A DNA stretch of 64,000 nt from Octopus sinensis (taxonomy: Eukaryota): NCBI RefSeq assembly GCF_006345805.1, contig NC_043006.1:2790001-2854000 (forward strand), given 5' to 3'. Position numbers and translations under genes: made by a program. This document shows positions 12,513 through 25,262 of the stretch, one piece after another. Each line of letters opens with the position of its first letter. The first letter of the stretch is position 1. The notes beneath the pieces were generated by a model. It ran no database searches. It saw only the letters and a list, made by a program, of their open reading frames with translations, and had not been told where the DNA came from.

Positions 12513-15500
12513 TTACTTAGAGCCTCCTCTAATATGTGGCAGTTGGTGAAGAATGGAGTTTGATATAGCTACCCTCATTTGCACCTCTTGCCGTGACGTA
12601 GGTTCATCTCGGACTCTCGACAGGAAGAGGTCCAGCTTTGATTTAAAAACCCCTACATCTACTTTGTGCAAGTTCCTCAGACTCTTTGGGAGAATATTAA
12701 AAGGTTGTGGGCCCTTGAATCCCAGGCTGTTGCAGTAACTGGTCCTGAAGCATGATGGCATTGCTAGGATCTTTGGCACTATGCAGTGTCATCCCATTCT
12801 GGCATTGGTGTAGCTTTCAGTGCCAAAATTTGGCACAATTCCTTCCAGTATCTTCCAGACATATATCACTGCATACCTCTCCTGTCTTCTCTCCAGGGAG
12901 TAGAGTCTTAGCTGTTTCAACCTTTCCCAGTAGCTGAGCTGTTGCAAAGAGACGATCTTCTTTGTGAATCTTCTCTGGATTGCTTCAAGGTCCACTGTTA
13001 ATTTCACACTGGTAGGTGACCATAGCTGTGAGCGGTAATCCAGGCAGCTGAAGACAAATGTCCACCAGAGGACCATCTCTGGTTCTGAATGTTCTTAGGA
13101 TCCATCCAGCCAGTCATCTGCACTTTGTTGCCATCCTGGTAATGTGCACTTGGAAAGAGGTATCATCACTCATGTTGATACCCAGGTCTCTCACTGACTT
13201 AGGCTCTGGGATTGAAATTCCCTGTGGACCGGTGTACCCTGTAAGTTTCATATTCAGTTTTGGATGCTCTTAGTGCAGGGCTTGGAATTTTTCAGCAATA
13301 AACTGCATATTATTATCTTCAGCCCATCTGTAAATTGAGTCCAACTCCTGCTGCTGGTGTGCAACATCGCTGGGGTTCTGTATTTTCTGCAAGACTTTCG
13401 TATCATCTGCATAGCTTGCCAGAGTGGCTATCCGGGCATTTGAGGGCATATCTGAGAAGGCCACTATAAAAAGCAGTGGTCCCAAGACAATGCCCTGTGG
13501 AACACCGCTCACTATTTGTGTGTTCATAGAGGTGGCTCTATTAGCCACTACTGCCTGACTCCTATCTTTCAGGAAGTCATGTAACCACACTCTAAGTTTT
13601 CCAGCTATGCTGAGGTCATGCAGTTTGTGGCATATCATACCATAGCCCACCTTGTCAAAAGCTTTTGCAAAATCAAGGTATATTACGTCCACATTTGATT
13701 TGTTGAGTAACTGCCTCAACACCCAGTCATAATGTTGTAAGAGCTGGGTCAGTTAGCTCCTACCTGGTTGAAAACCATGCTGGGTATCACTCAGCAAGTT
13801 ATTTTCTTCAAGGAATGCGATTAGTTTCCCTCTGACTATCTGTTCCATGACTTTGCTGATGTGTGAAGTCAGAGAGATAGGCCTATAGTTTTTGGCATCT
13901 GCTCTACTTCCCCCTTTATGTGTTAGGCATATTATTCCCTCCTTCAGCTTGCTTGGCAGTTTGCCATTTGTAAGAAAGCTCTGGAAGAGAATCTGGAGGG
14001 GTTTTGCCAGGGCATGCTTACATGATTTGAGGAGGATTGCTGGGAAACCATCAGGACCAGCAGTTGAGTTTCTGTTCACTTCATCAATGGCTAGTAGAGG
14101 GCATATCTGAGAGGGCCACTATAAAAAGCAGTGGTCCCAAGACAGTGCCCAGCAGTTGAGTTTGTGTCCACTTCATCTATGGTTAGTAGTGTATCTTCTT
14201 CGCTAATGTCAATGTATTCTATTGTAACTGCCTCGCTGGTTATAGGTGAGGCAGTAAAGAAGTCCACTGGTTCGTTCATTTGTCTGTGCTCCAAGTTGTG
14301 GTAAAAACACTTTTGAACTGTTCATTCAGTATCTCACTGATCTTAGTTGGACTGTCTGTGAGGGAGCCATCCTTTTGGAGGAGGGGTCCTATCTTGCAGT
14401 GTACTTAGGCTGTTTCTTTCGCGTAATGAAAGAATGCCTTTGGGTTTGACTTAATGCCTGTTTCTTTGTCTGCTTTCTCCCTCACATAGGATTGTTGCAG
14501 GCTTTTTTCAATCTCCATCAGTGTTGTTTTTAGGGGGACGTTTCGCTACTTTTGGGATGTTGGTTGAGTTGATTTGCAACCTTAACCGTTGTCTCATGAG
14601 GATCTTCCTGTCTCTTGGAATCTTGCTCCTATTTGTTTTGGCCTTGTGCTCTGGGACATATTTCTGGCATACGGCTTGCACAGAAGACATGAAACATTCT
14701 AGTTTCATGTCAATGTCTTGTGTACAGAGACATTTTGGCCAGTCCTCTCTGAGGATCTCTTTTTGGATCGATTTCCAATCTACTTTGTTGAAGTTCAGAT
14801 TGGAGATATTTCGGGTGCTTCCTTTAGGCTGTATGTCTCTGGCTACTTTCGGCCCAAACATAGACAGTTCTATTATGTTATGATCTGAGACTAATGTCGG
14901 TGTCACTTTCACATCATGAACAATGTCCATATTGTTCGTGAAGCAGAGATCCAGAATGTTATTCGCCCTAGTTGGTCTGAGTACAGCTTGCTCCATGAAT
15001 AGGGCATTGGTGAGGTTGAGCAGGGACTCCACCTGTACTTGCTTGCAATGATTCATTCCTGAGAGTATGAGACCTTCGGGCCATTTGACGTTGGGGAAGT
15101 TGAAATCATCCATAAGAAATATGGTCATGTGGTGTTCCAGATTCATCAGGATTTCTTTAATTCTTGTGAGGCAATCTTCAAACTTGTCTATGTGATTTGG
15201 AGCATCCGGTGGGTAATATGTATTGCATATGACTATATTATCTTGTCTTATGTATACAATTAAAGTGTCACATACCGAATTTGAGTATGACAGTAAGACT
15301 TGGGGTGTGAGGTCATCACGGATGTATACAGCAACTCCACCATGGCTCCTTTCCCTTCTGTCTGTTTGCAGTATGGCATAGTTTGGTACGTGTACTTTTG
15401 CATCCTCTATATCAGGGCTGAGGTGAGTTTCCATGAGTGCTATGCATAGGGTTTGATTGCATGCAGCAAGGCCTCTCAGGAAAATAATTTTGCTTTTGTT

Positions 15501-15870
15501 ATGATGCAACAGGCCCCTAATATTTAGTAAAAATATTGGCATGACAACTGTACAGGCATGACAACTGTACAGGCATTGGGGGGACCATCCCGTGTCTGTT
15601 GACTGTTGTGCTCTTGAGCGGTGGTGGGCAAGGTTCCTTGTTTGCTCTTGGTGCAGCCAGGTCAGCTGCTGCTGCTGCTGCACAATCTTTTGTGCCATAA
15701 ACAAAAAAGACTCTTGCTCAACTGCTGCCTTGTGCATAACCTCTGAAGGGTGCACTTCTTTTCTATATTTTTTCCTTGGGGACAATTTTTGTCATTTCTC
15801 AGGGAAGTTTTTCTCCTTAAGGCCCCTGTACTTTTTGGCAGGGTCTCAGGTGAGCAAACTGGAAGTTTTT
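12513..15870 (-). mobile_element. CR1/L2-type LINE, near-complete ORF2 pseudogene (AP endonuclease + RT) with ORF1 remnant
   Basis: APE motifs LLNIRGL, ALMETHL, HGGVAVYI, DDFNFP, PTRANNILDLCFTN, SDHNII (ORF 14508-15785). RT motifs AGPDG, NYRPISLTS, QHGF, DFAKAFDKV, SGVPQG, YADDTK. Multiple frameshifts; 5' boundary approximate. Confidence 0.95.
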
Positions 15871-16241
15871 GCTGTCTTATATGTATATATGTATATCTGT
15901 ATATCTGTAAAAGGCAGGATGTGTGTGTGTACTTGAATGTAATTTATGCACGTCCACAAATTAGCACGCATGTCGCTCCTATTTTAGGAGGACATTGGTC
16001 ACGATCATGACTGTGTATTTGATGAAATTTTATTAGAATTTTCTTATTGTTAAATAAAATTTCATCAAACTATTTCCCTGTCATATATGACTTTATACAC
16101 ACCTTATCCTTTTCTCTTGTACATTACTATATATATATTCTGTATGTTTTGCAGAATGGTGCATTGAGGAGTTTCTTATGAGTACTATAACAAATTACTT
16201 CAATCTGTATATTGTGACTTAAATTTATATATGTATATATA

Positions 16242-16275
<34 letters not shown>

Positions 16276-16291
16276 CATACATATATACATA

Positions 16292-16322
<31 letters not shown>

Positions 16323-16813
16323 ATGCGTATAGGAGGAAATGAGTAAATATGATAATTCAAAACTTGTAAGTGAATGTGATGTGCAAATGCAGGATGGGAG
16401 ACGGCTTAACAGAGCAGGGATCATCAGAATGAAGAATTGCATGTAGAGTTTCGAAGGAAAATTGTGAGGCAAAGATATCAGGGAGAGTTAGTTTGAGTGA
16501 TGGCTGGAAGGAGCTCACTCGTCCTAATGAAGAGTGAAGTGGTTGCAATAGAACCTAATTCATAAAAAGTAATCCATTTTTTTTAAATCTCACAGAACCA
16601 CACATCCTGGTGTTATCTCTTGTTTTCATAGGTTTAAGTGTCTGAGATTTAGATCTTCACCAGATGGGATGCTGGTGTATTGCGGTTGGTTTTTACCACA
16701 AGAATCACTCAACTCAAATATAAGTTCAGATATAAACTAATGAGTCACTCGTCAACCAACAGTACTGCTGTGGTATGGATAAATGGGTTATTCTCACTGT
16801 ATGGGATCTATAT

Positions 16814-17157
16814 GAAGGCACATGGCTCAGTGGTTAGAGCATCATGCTCACAATCATGAGGTAGTGAGTTCAGTCCCCAGACCAGGCTGTCAGTTGTGTT
16901 CTTGAGCAAGACACTTAATTTCATGTTGATCTAGTTCCCTCAGCTGAAGAATTGAGTTGCGACATCACTGGGGCCAAGCTGTATTGGCCCCTTTGCCTTT
17001 CCCTCGGATAACATCGTTGGAGTAGAGAAGGGTCTGGGATGCATGGGTGGCTGCTGGTCTTTCATAAACAACTGTGCCCAGACTTGTGCGTTAGAAGGGA
17101 ACTTTCTCAGTGCAAGCCCATGGCCATTCATTGCCAAAGGGAGTCTTTACCCTTTAC
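16814..17157 (+). mobile_element. tRNA-derived SINE, family B (V-domain-like core)
   Basis: TGGCTCAGTGGTTAGAGC A box, GAGTTCAGTCCC B box, core GTGTTCTTGAGCAAGACACTT, (CTTTAC)n tail. Homologous to 58312-58614. Confidence 0.85.
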
Positions 17158-17404
17158 AGGATCTATTTACAGCTAAATGGACTGGGTCATTTGTGAGTTA
17201 CATGTCTTGACTATAGACATAAGGGGCAATACTTAGATCAGGATGTTAATCCCCTACTCTTCTGATGTCTCGTTTGGTGCTTTTCTACTCCATCCATTTT
17301 GCAATTTTTTCTTCTATGGCATGATACCTTTGGTTTTCTTCATGCACTCTATTATGTCTCTTAATTAAAGAAATGTACTGGTATATACAGAATGAGAGAG
17401 AGAG

Positions 17405-17436
<32 letters not shown>

Positions 17437-18083
17437 ATTCGTTCTGCCAGCCAAGCTGGAAAGTAGAAGATTTTATATTATGGCTGGTAATGTAGAAACA
17501 GCTGTTGACCAAGAGTGAACTTGCTGAACTAACAAATTTACTCTGGACTGAAATGGTCAGCATAAATTGAAAGACAATTATCTGTTTTTCAACACTCACC
17601 TGTGTGTAGCAATCCTGTTGGATTTTTACTTAGGAAGATTGCTTCATATCCAATTCTAAGCTGAATGCTTCACTGATTTATTATTTCTCAACTGGTAACC
17701 CTCTCAACTGCTATAAAACCATTTCATTGAACCATTAATTTTACCACCAAACTCTTCCCTTTATGTCTAATTCTAATGAATCATTGACTTAAATCTCTGT
17801 TGCTTTATGCTGTCCTCTTCTTTGCGACTTCTCTGAGAGGATGTTGGTTGTTCTGCACTGAAGAACATTATGCATTTTTATTGGTTGGTGAGGAAGGAAG
17901 TAAATCATCTCAGTATCACCCATATATTTAAGTTTGCCCTTCTTTTTCAAGTTTATTCATTTTGAAGTTGAAGACAAACAAAAAAAAATGAAGTTAAGCA
18001 GTTGGAAAAACAGCTGATATAATTCTCTAGACTGATATCAATGGTAATATTTATGAAAAGAAAAGTGATTTTTCTGTCATGGT

Positions 18084-18313
18084 TTCATCCTATAGCATTT
18101 AAACCAGCCACATCCGGCCAAAATATCCTACCTGTTTTAAGTTCAAACTAGCCAGATCTTGCCTCTCACACCTACTTTACAATGTCAGTCTAAAAACAAA
18201 TGTTCAGAGCATCAGAGTCTCAAAGCTACGAGACGGTGCATGATTAATTCAAAACAATGTGAATAAATAAGCATCATATTTGATCGCAGAGTAATCTGAA
18301 TGCTAAAGGGTAA
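18084..18313. mobile_element. piggyBac-like MITE (~225 bp), copy 1
   Basis: Ends resemble TTAA-CCCTTTAGCATT ... AATGCTAAAGGG-TTAA; internal sequence shared with the copies at 21754 and 33023. Confidence 0.75.
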
Positions 18314-19689
18314 TATATCATCATTATCATTTTTATGTCTACTTTTCATGCTGGCATTTTGGGCATGATTTCTATATATGAATGCCCTTCCTGACGCTAA
18401 CCACTTTACATTTTTCATGACACCAGCTGTGTAGAGGTTACCTTGCCATCAGCAAAACTAAAGAGGGTCTGAAAGATTGCATTGATTTTATTTACATGGT
18501 CGAGTATACTTTGGACAAAGGCAAAATATTTCACTTTGATTGACCTAAAGTAGAATCTCATCTGGCTAAATTAACTCCTGGTCCAAGAGGAAATATCTCC
18601 CATGCCCAATAACATTATAAAAACTGAAATACGGCCTCTGAATAATTCTTAGTAAACTAAATGGTGAACTGTTTATGTATTCAGAGAATTTAGCAATTTA
18701 CACAGCTTCATTTGTAGCAAAAGTCCTTTGAAAATACTTTGACAAGATCCTTTTTTTATATTTACTTGTAATTTATTTAGTGAACCTGTATTTAAAGCTA
18801 GATATGAACCATTATAAATGCTGCAAGTAGTAATGGTCTTGAACACAGTAATGTTATGTACCCCTTTCTCCATGAAGGAAAAATATTATTTGAAATTCTC
18901 ATTCCTGATGTTCTAAAGGAAAACAGTTTTGAATTTACAATGGTAATAATTATCACACACACACACACACACACACATGCACATAAACAGACAGAGACAG
19001 AGATCTGTGCAAATTTTTTTAGGTTAATCTAAATTAAGGTGTAAAGTGTGTTATTGACACAAAATGTTCATTGTCTATTTTATGAATCTTAATGAATAAA
19101 TGTTCTTGTAGAATTGAAAGGTACTCTATATTTGAGTGTACTCAATACACACAAATGTTTGTTTATTCCACAAATGACTTTAAAAACACGTAGATTGGGC
19201 ATTGAAATATTTCTGATCAAGGGGTTATCCATCTCATTACAAAGAAGTATGATGGCCAGAAAGATAAAGTTAGACATGTATCATATTTTCAGGCTTATTG
19301 CTGTGTCCTTGGACAAGACTCTACTTGTCAGAGGTTTTCGAACTCTTTCAGAAATTTTTGTAACTGCTTCAACAGTTACACTCATAACTTTTAAGACCAT
19401 GGCATAAATTCTCTGTTGGAACTAATGTTTCACTCATTGGGGAAAGGCTTGAATATCTGTTAGTGTAATGTTTCATAACAATTTGTACATATTATTTCAG
19501 AAATTACTGGATAGCTTCATTTGGAATCTAGACTCTAGAGCAACTGATATTGACTCTTAGAATTGAATATAATGACTCAAGTAATCTAACCAGTGAAGAG
19601 CTGATCTGTTCAGTCATCCAAGTTCCATCTTTCAAACACTTTGTAGCAGTGTTTGCAAATAACATTTTGGTAGGTTTTCACTCTCTGCA

Positions 19690-19960
19690 GTCTGGTGGGT
19701 AATCCCTCCATCCATCTTCTCTGCCCACTGTTCCTGAAGGGCTGTAGAGCTACAGTCCTCAAGCATTCACTCTATAGAGTCCTGTAAGCAGCATCTGTCA
19801 CAACACTTTCCCACTGAATTCCCAAGCAGGACCATCCGAGGCTGTGGAGATTATCCAACCACCTCCTTCTTGGTCTTCTCCTGCCAAGTTGACTTGACTT
19901 GAAGAATCTGATTTGTGTTTCTCTCCTGTATGTACTCAAGCTGTGACCCCTCAAGCTTGA
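19690..19960 (-). mobile_element. Degenerate RTE-type LINE 3' fragment (second family)
   Basis: GRRRPRRRWLDNL motif; nucleotide homology to 62770-62855. Confidence 0.6.
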
Positions 19961-20328
19961 TCTAGAGAGACTCCCTGATCTAGCTATATGGGTGGTGAGA
20001 AAGCTAATTCTGAATCACCATTTCATGGGAGCTGTTGAGGCTATGTGTGTGTGTCTGTGTGTGTACACACACACATGCTATGCTGTGCTGTGCCTGAGAA
20101 GACCTGTCAAGCCAAGTGAAACCATAGTCATGGCTGATATTGGTGTCACGTAAAGAGCACTGTTGGAGCATTGAGCTTTATGGAGGCAAAGTGACTGTGG
20201 TTCCTTTCAAGCATTGGGGGCTGACAGGGGCAAAAGTGGCCGAGTTCCTTTTGAGTGTTGGATCTCATGGAGGCAAAGGAAACGTGTTGTGTGCCCTTCT
20301 TTCAGTTGTCCACTCACTCATATATAAA

Positions 20329-20514
20329 TGTGTGTGTGTGTATGTATGTGTGTGTATGTATGTGTGTGTATGTATGTATGTATGTATGTATGTGCAGATT
20401 TGTATGTATGCATGTATGTATGTATGCATGCATGCATGTATGTATGTATGTATGTATGTATGTATGTATGTATGTATGTATGAATGAATGAATGAATGAG
20501 GGAGGGAGGGAGGG
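20329..20514. repeat. (TG)n/(TGTA)n/(TGAA)n/(GGGA)n compound microsatellite
   Basis: Seen directly. Confidence 0.9.
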
Positions 20515-21753
20515 TGCTAAATGTAGTTGCTGGTTTGAAAATGGATTCAGTAAATTGTTTTGTTCCCTTATAAATGTTGACCAAAGCAGATTTGGAAATA
20601 AGTAGTTTACCTGAAAAGTTGGGGTCTCAGAAATAGTGGCACAAAAGTGAGATGAAGACCAGAAAGTGTATATTTTAGACCCTTCAAACCACTGCCATAA
20701 TCATCGAAATGTTCTCCTCACTGAGAATCCAGCTGGGTTGATCACATGTCATGTGGCCATGCCAGATGAGGAGGTACCCCGTGAAGATGGGGACAGAATG
20801 GGACTTTGCTCAATGGGTCGCCCAGGAGAGCCTGGGAACACACTGACAAATGGTAAATGCAGCAATGTGCTGTAATAGTGCGTGCCCCAACACCTTAGCT
20901 GTATGTTGATGATAAGATAATTCATATAAAATAGGAAAATTTATATAAAACAGGAACTGTAGATGAATTCCTTTGAGCATTTTGTGTCCTTGATGACGAT
21001 GAGGTTCAGGATTAAACTTAACCATGATCATTAACACTTTAAAATGTTTTATTTTTTCATTATAGTTTATTATCAAATTCCTGCTTGTATTTGTGTAAAC
21101 GTGAGTGAGAAAGAGCATATGTTAGTTCTATAGTAGAGTATTGTACTGATGTCAAGTATTGAATAAAAAAAGAAAAATCTGTATATGTTGGCTGAAAGCA
21201 GTTTAATGACTGTGGCATTCGTAATATTGAATATACATCATTCTTTTTGAAGAGCCATGGAGAGACTATCAATCCATCTGTATCTCCATATGAAAGTTTT
21301 CCTGTCATACTTGTCCACTTCAATAACAATAGTATCCAGAGTTGAATAGCAGCTGATCTCTTGCCCATCCGTCTTCACTTTCACTCTCTCATCCTACTTC
21401 TCACATATATAACCATAAAGTGAAAATAGTCATAGCTTGTTGTTGCAAGCACTGGTATATAAGTAATCTGAAGATTTGAAATGAACTTGAGAGTAACTCA
21501 TACAACTTTCATTCCAATAATTTCATGCTTAAATCTTGTACAATATCACACTGTATATTTGATCATTTAGTGGTGTATACTATAGCAGTTATAATGTATT
21601 TCATATGGTTTTCTGTTGAGTCTATTGTATGACTGAAAGCTCAGCTGGTGACCACCACAAAAATGGACTTGATTGGCATTCAGCTACTTTCCTTTTCATA
21701 AAATTATTTGCTTCTGGATCTAGTTGGAGCAATAGGGATTGTAGGGTAAGGTT

Positions 21754-21980
21754 TTAATCCTTTAGCATTTAATCTGGCCATATCTGGCGCAAATACTCTA
21801 CCTGTTTTATGTTAAAACTGACAAGATCCAACCTCTCACACCTATCCTACAATGTCATTCTAAAAATATGCAAACACTCCATTGAAATCTTAAAGCTACA
21901 AGGTAACGAGTGATTCATTCAAAACAGTGTGAGTAAATAAGTAATACATTTGACAAAGAAATCTGAATGTCAAAGGTTAA
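21754..21980. mobile_element. piggyBac-like MITE, copy 2
   Basis: TTAA at 21754-21757 and 21977-21980; TCCTTTAGCATT / AATGTCAAAGG termini. Confidence 0.8.
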
Positions 21981-22198
21981 TGTTCTTGATGTTGTTTTCC
22001 TTTTGTTTTTGTTTTTTTATTTCCAAAATATCCATCACACTAAACCCACCATACATGCAAGTTTCATGCTAGAATACATTCATCATCATCATCATCCATG
22101 ATTATTCTTGTCACTTGTAGGACTTGAGATATGAAGAAAAAAAAAATAAATAAAGGTAATGCCAGCACAGAGAATTATTTATGACGGTCCTCCTCAGT

Positions 22199-22461
22199 GG
22201 AGGCGCGTGGCTTAGTGGTTAGGGTGTCAGACTTATGATTGTAAGATTGGGGTTTCGATTCCTGGACCGGGTGATGTATTGTGTTCTTGAGCAAAACACT
22301 TCATTTCATGTTGCTCAAGCCCACTCAGCTGGCAAAAATGAGTAATCCTGCAACAGACTGGTGCCCGATCCAGGTGGAAAATATATTCACCATGGAAACC
22401 AGGAAACTGGTCCTTATGAGTTGGCAATGACACAGGAAAGAAGGTTCACCTTTTTACCTTT
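22199..22461 (+). mobile_element. tRNA-derived SINE, family B head/core with a different 3' half
   Basis: TGGCTTAGTGGTTAGGG A box, GTTTCGATTCC B box, GTGTTCTTGAGCAAAACACTT core. Confidence 0.8.
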
Positions 22462-23151
22462 GAGCATTACTCAGGCCTGGCTACCAATTTGGCAAATGGA
22501 AATGCAACACAATGGGGCATAGGAAACAAAAAGGAGCTGTTGGGTTTTGTCTTTATCTGGGCCCTACCTAATGAACATCAAGGTTATTTGAAGGCTCCTT
22601 CGCCTGCCATGTCACAGAACCATCATAGGATTTCTGCAGTGTTTTTAGGCCCAGCTTCTTAGTCCTGGCCCACTCTGCCTTCCTTGATGGTTTTGCTGCT
22701 CTTTATCCACAGTTGCTTATTTTATTGGTGCACTCACTTGCAGCTGTTGCACATATCTGCAGGACATTCTCTGAGCCACCACCTGGTCGTACCAGCTACC
22801 GACCGATACAGCTGGAATATTCCTGTGGGTAGGTGATTGTGTATGTGAGTGTGAGGACCCTGTAGATGTGGGGCTGTGTGGATTGGGCTGTTATTGCCAT
22901 TGATTAGGATTCTGCCACGTGTGAAGTGGACTTTCAATTTGAAAATGTTTGTATTATTGTGGAACCAGTTTACATATGCACAGCCAACTTATGCCATCCT
23001 TGATTTCTACAAGTGATCAACTACAGAAGGATGCTTCTTCTGTCTGTCAGCCTTTTTTTGAATATCTTGTTTTTGTAAGTTCCGCAGAACATGAAAGCCT
23101 AAATTAACCCTGGCTATAAAACATCAATTATACTGGATGCATTTCTTTATA

Positions 23152-24747
23152 TTTGATCATCCCATAAATAATGCTGTTTTTTTTTATACTTCTTTTATTT
23201 TTCAAAATTAAGATATACAAAGTTCTTTTTTAATCTAAAATATGCTCTCCTTCATTTTCTACCATGCTATTCCATCTTGCTGGTAGACTTGCAAGGCCCC
23301 TCTTCCAAAATTCACTTGTCTGTGATGAAATATACTCTTCCTCTACTGTTTTGACCTCATCTACGGAATTCGTACTTTTCTGTCCAAATGATTTTGAAGA
23401 CTACAGACTACATGATAATCAGATAGTGCAATGTCTGGCGAATTTGATGGGTAGGGCATTGTTTTCCACTCAAACCACTCCAGACTTTGGAATGTCATCC
23501 CCGCTGTATGTGGCTGAGCATTATCCTGATGGAAGAACACCTTTCATCTTGAAACCAAAGAGGGTCATTTTTCTTCTAGTGCTGACTTCAGCCGCTCAAG
23601 CTGCTCACAGTAGATCTCCTTTGTTATAATTTTGTTTGGGTTTAAAAGTTCAAAGTGGGCTAAACCTTTCATATCCCACCAAACAGATAACAACATCTTA
23701 TGTGGGTGAAGACCTTCTTTAGCTTGGGGTGCCAGTATTTCTCCTTTCCCTACCCACTCTCTTTGGCACTTTTTATAGAGTACCCATTTCTCATCACCAG
23801 TCACTGTTCGGTTGGAAAAAGGTTCATTTGTGAGATATGATAGCAAAGAAGAGCACACATTCACTCTCTGCATGTGGTTAGACTCGGAAAGTTTGTGAGG
23901 AACCCATTGTCGCAATTTGCTGATTTTTCCGTTGTCATGTTGGTGTCAATGAATGGTCGAATGACCAAATCCAAGCTTCTCTGCCAGTTCCTCAACGGTT
24001 ATGATGGGGTTTTGTTCCATCAGGGTTTGCAGGATGTCCTTGTTGAGCTATACAGATCTTCCAGGATGAGGCTAGTCTTCTAGGCTGTAGTTTCTGGCTT
24101 GGAATTTCCAGAATCACCGTTGACACTGGCTTATGCTTATTGTCTGATCCCCCTCATCATCATTTAATGTCCGTTTTCCATGCTAGCATGGGTTGGACTG
24201 TTTGACCAGAGTCTGGGAAGCCAGGAGGCTGCACCAGGCTCCAGTCTGATCTGGCAATGTTTCTACAGCTGGATGCCCTTCCTAACGCCAACCACTCTGT
24301 GAGTGTAGTGGGTGTTTTTTACGTGCCACCGGCACAGGGGCCAGAGGGGGCTGGAAAACGGCCACGATCGGTTGGTGCTTCTACGTGTCACCAACACGGA
24401 TTCCAGTCATGTGGCGCTGGCATCTGCCACATTTGGACGGTGCCTTTTACGTGTCACCGGCACAGGTGTCTTCTAATTTTGCCCCCTATACTGCATTAAT
24501 ATTCCTTACACTTTCTGTTGTGTTGTTGCCTTTTTGAACTCTTAAAGCAAAAATATACTGAGTATGCTCCTTTTGCCACTTCCATTATTACTTTGCATAA
24601 AGAACTGTTAAAATCAAACTGCACTCTTCAAAACTTGCACTAAGAATAAGTAATTTATAGCAGATTGATGCAAGTAGTTTATCTCATCCTCCTCCGACTT
24701 TTAGTTCATGCAATTGAAAACACCATATTATTCATGGGATGACCCAG
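23152..24747 (-). mobile_element. Full-length decayed mariner (DD34D-type) transposon with a nested RTE insertion
   Basis: TA-flanked TIRs (TCATCCCATAAATAAT / ATTATTCATGGGATGA). Transposase pseudogene from ATG 24585 to TAA 23230 with WVPHKL, TGDEKW, HQDNAQPH, SPDIA..DY. About 1.26 kb once the insert is removed. Confidence 0.93.
24155..24481 (-). mobile_element. RTE LINE 3' UTR fragment inserted in the mariner
   Basis: (CAT)n tail and three hairpin units; 6-bp target duplication CCCCCT at 24149-24154 and 24482-24487. Confidence 0.88.
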
Positions 24748-25262
24748 TATTTTATACGTATGTTATGTTTCTTGTTTTGTTTTAGATCCATTCTAGTATG
24801 TAATCCATTGATATCTCTAAGCATTGTTAAAAGTATCAACTCTACATGTTTTAAAGATCATTTACAATCATTCTTAACCAATGAAGCCATCATATATAGT
24901 CAGATGCAGATTCCTGCCTCTTTCTTACCTCTGTTGCAGTTTACCTTCAACAACACATGCATTTCAGTTTACTTTGTTGATTAATAAAACACCGTTCACT
25001 TTATGGTTAGTTGGTTGATTCTTAAGCAGACTATTCAGACGGAAACCATTCATCAAGACTAATCTTGTAAAAATCACTGAAACCAGAACATTTTCTATTG
25101 ATTTTGTTTAAAGTCGGCTAAAGAAACGAACCTATTTGCACATGCTGTGGCTTGTTGTCACTGTTTCTCTATCAAAGTATTTCTATGTGAGTTTCTATGC
25201 CTGCGCATTACACCAAACTTTATCAAGCCTTGTTCTATTGTTCTCTGCAACTAATTAATCCG

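Noticed and set aside
14508-15785. 425-aa ORF as a cellular nuclease gene
   Set aside because: It is the AP-endonuclease domain of a LINE, contiguous with a broken RT; its length depends on a 17-bp duplication.
16814-16885. tRNA genes at SINE heads (also 6722, 22199, 43758)
   Set aside because: A/B boxes are present but I cannot fold a full cloverleaf, and each continues into a SINE body.
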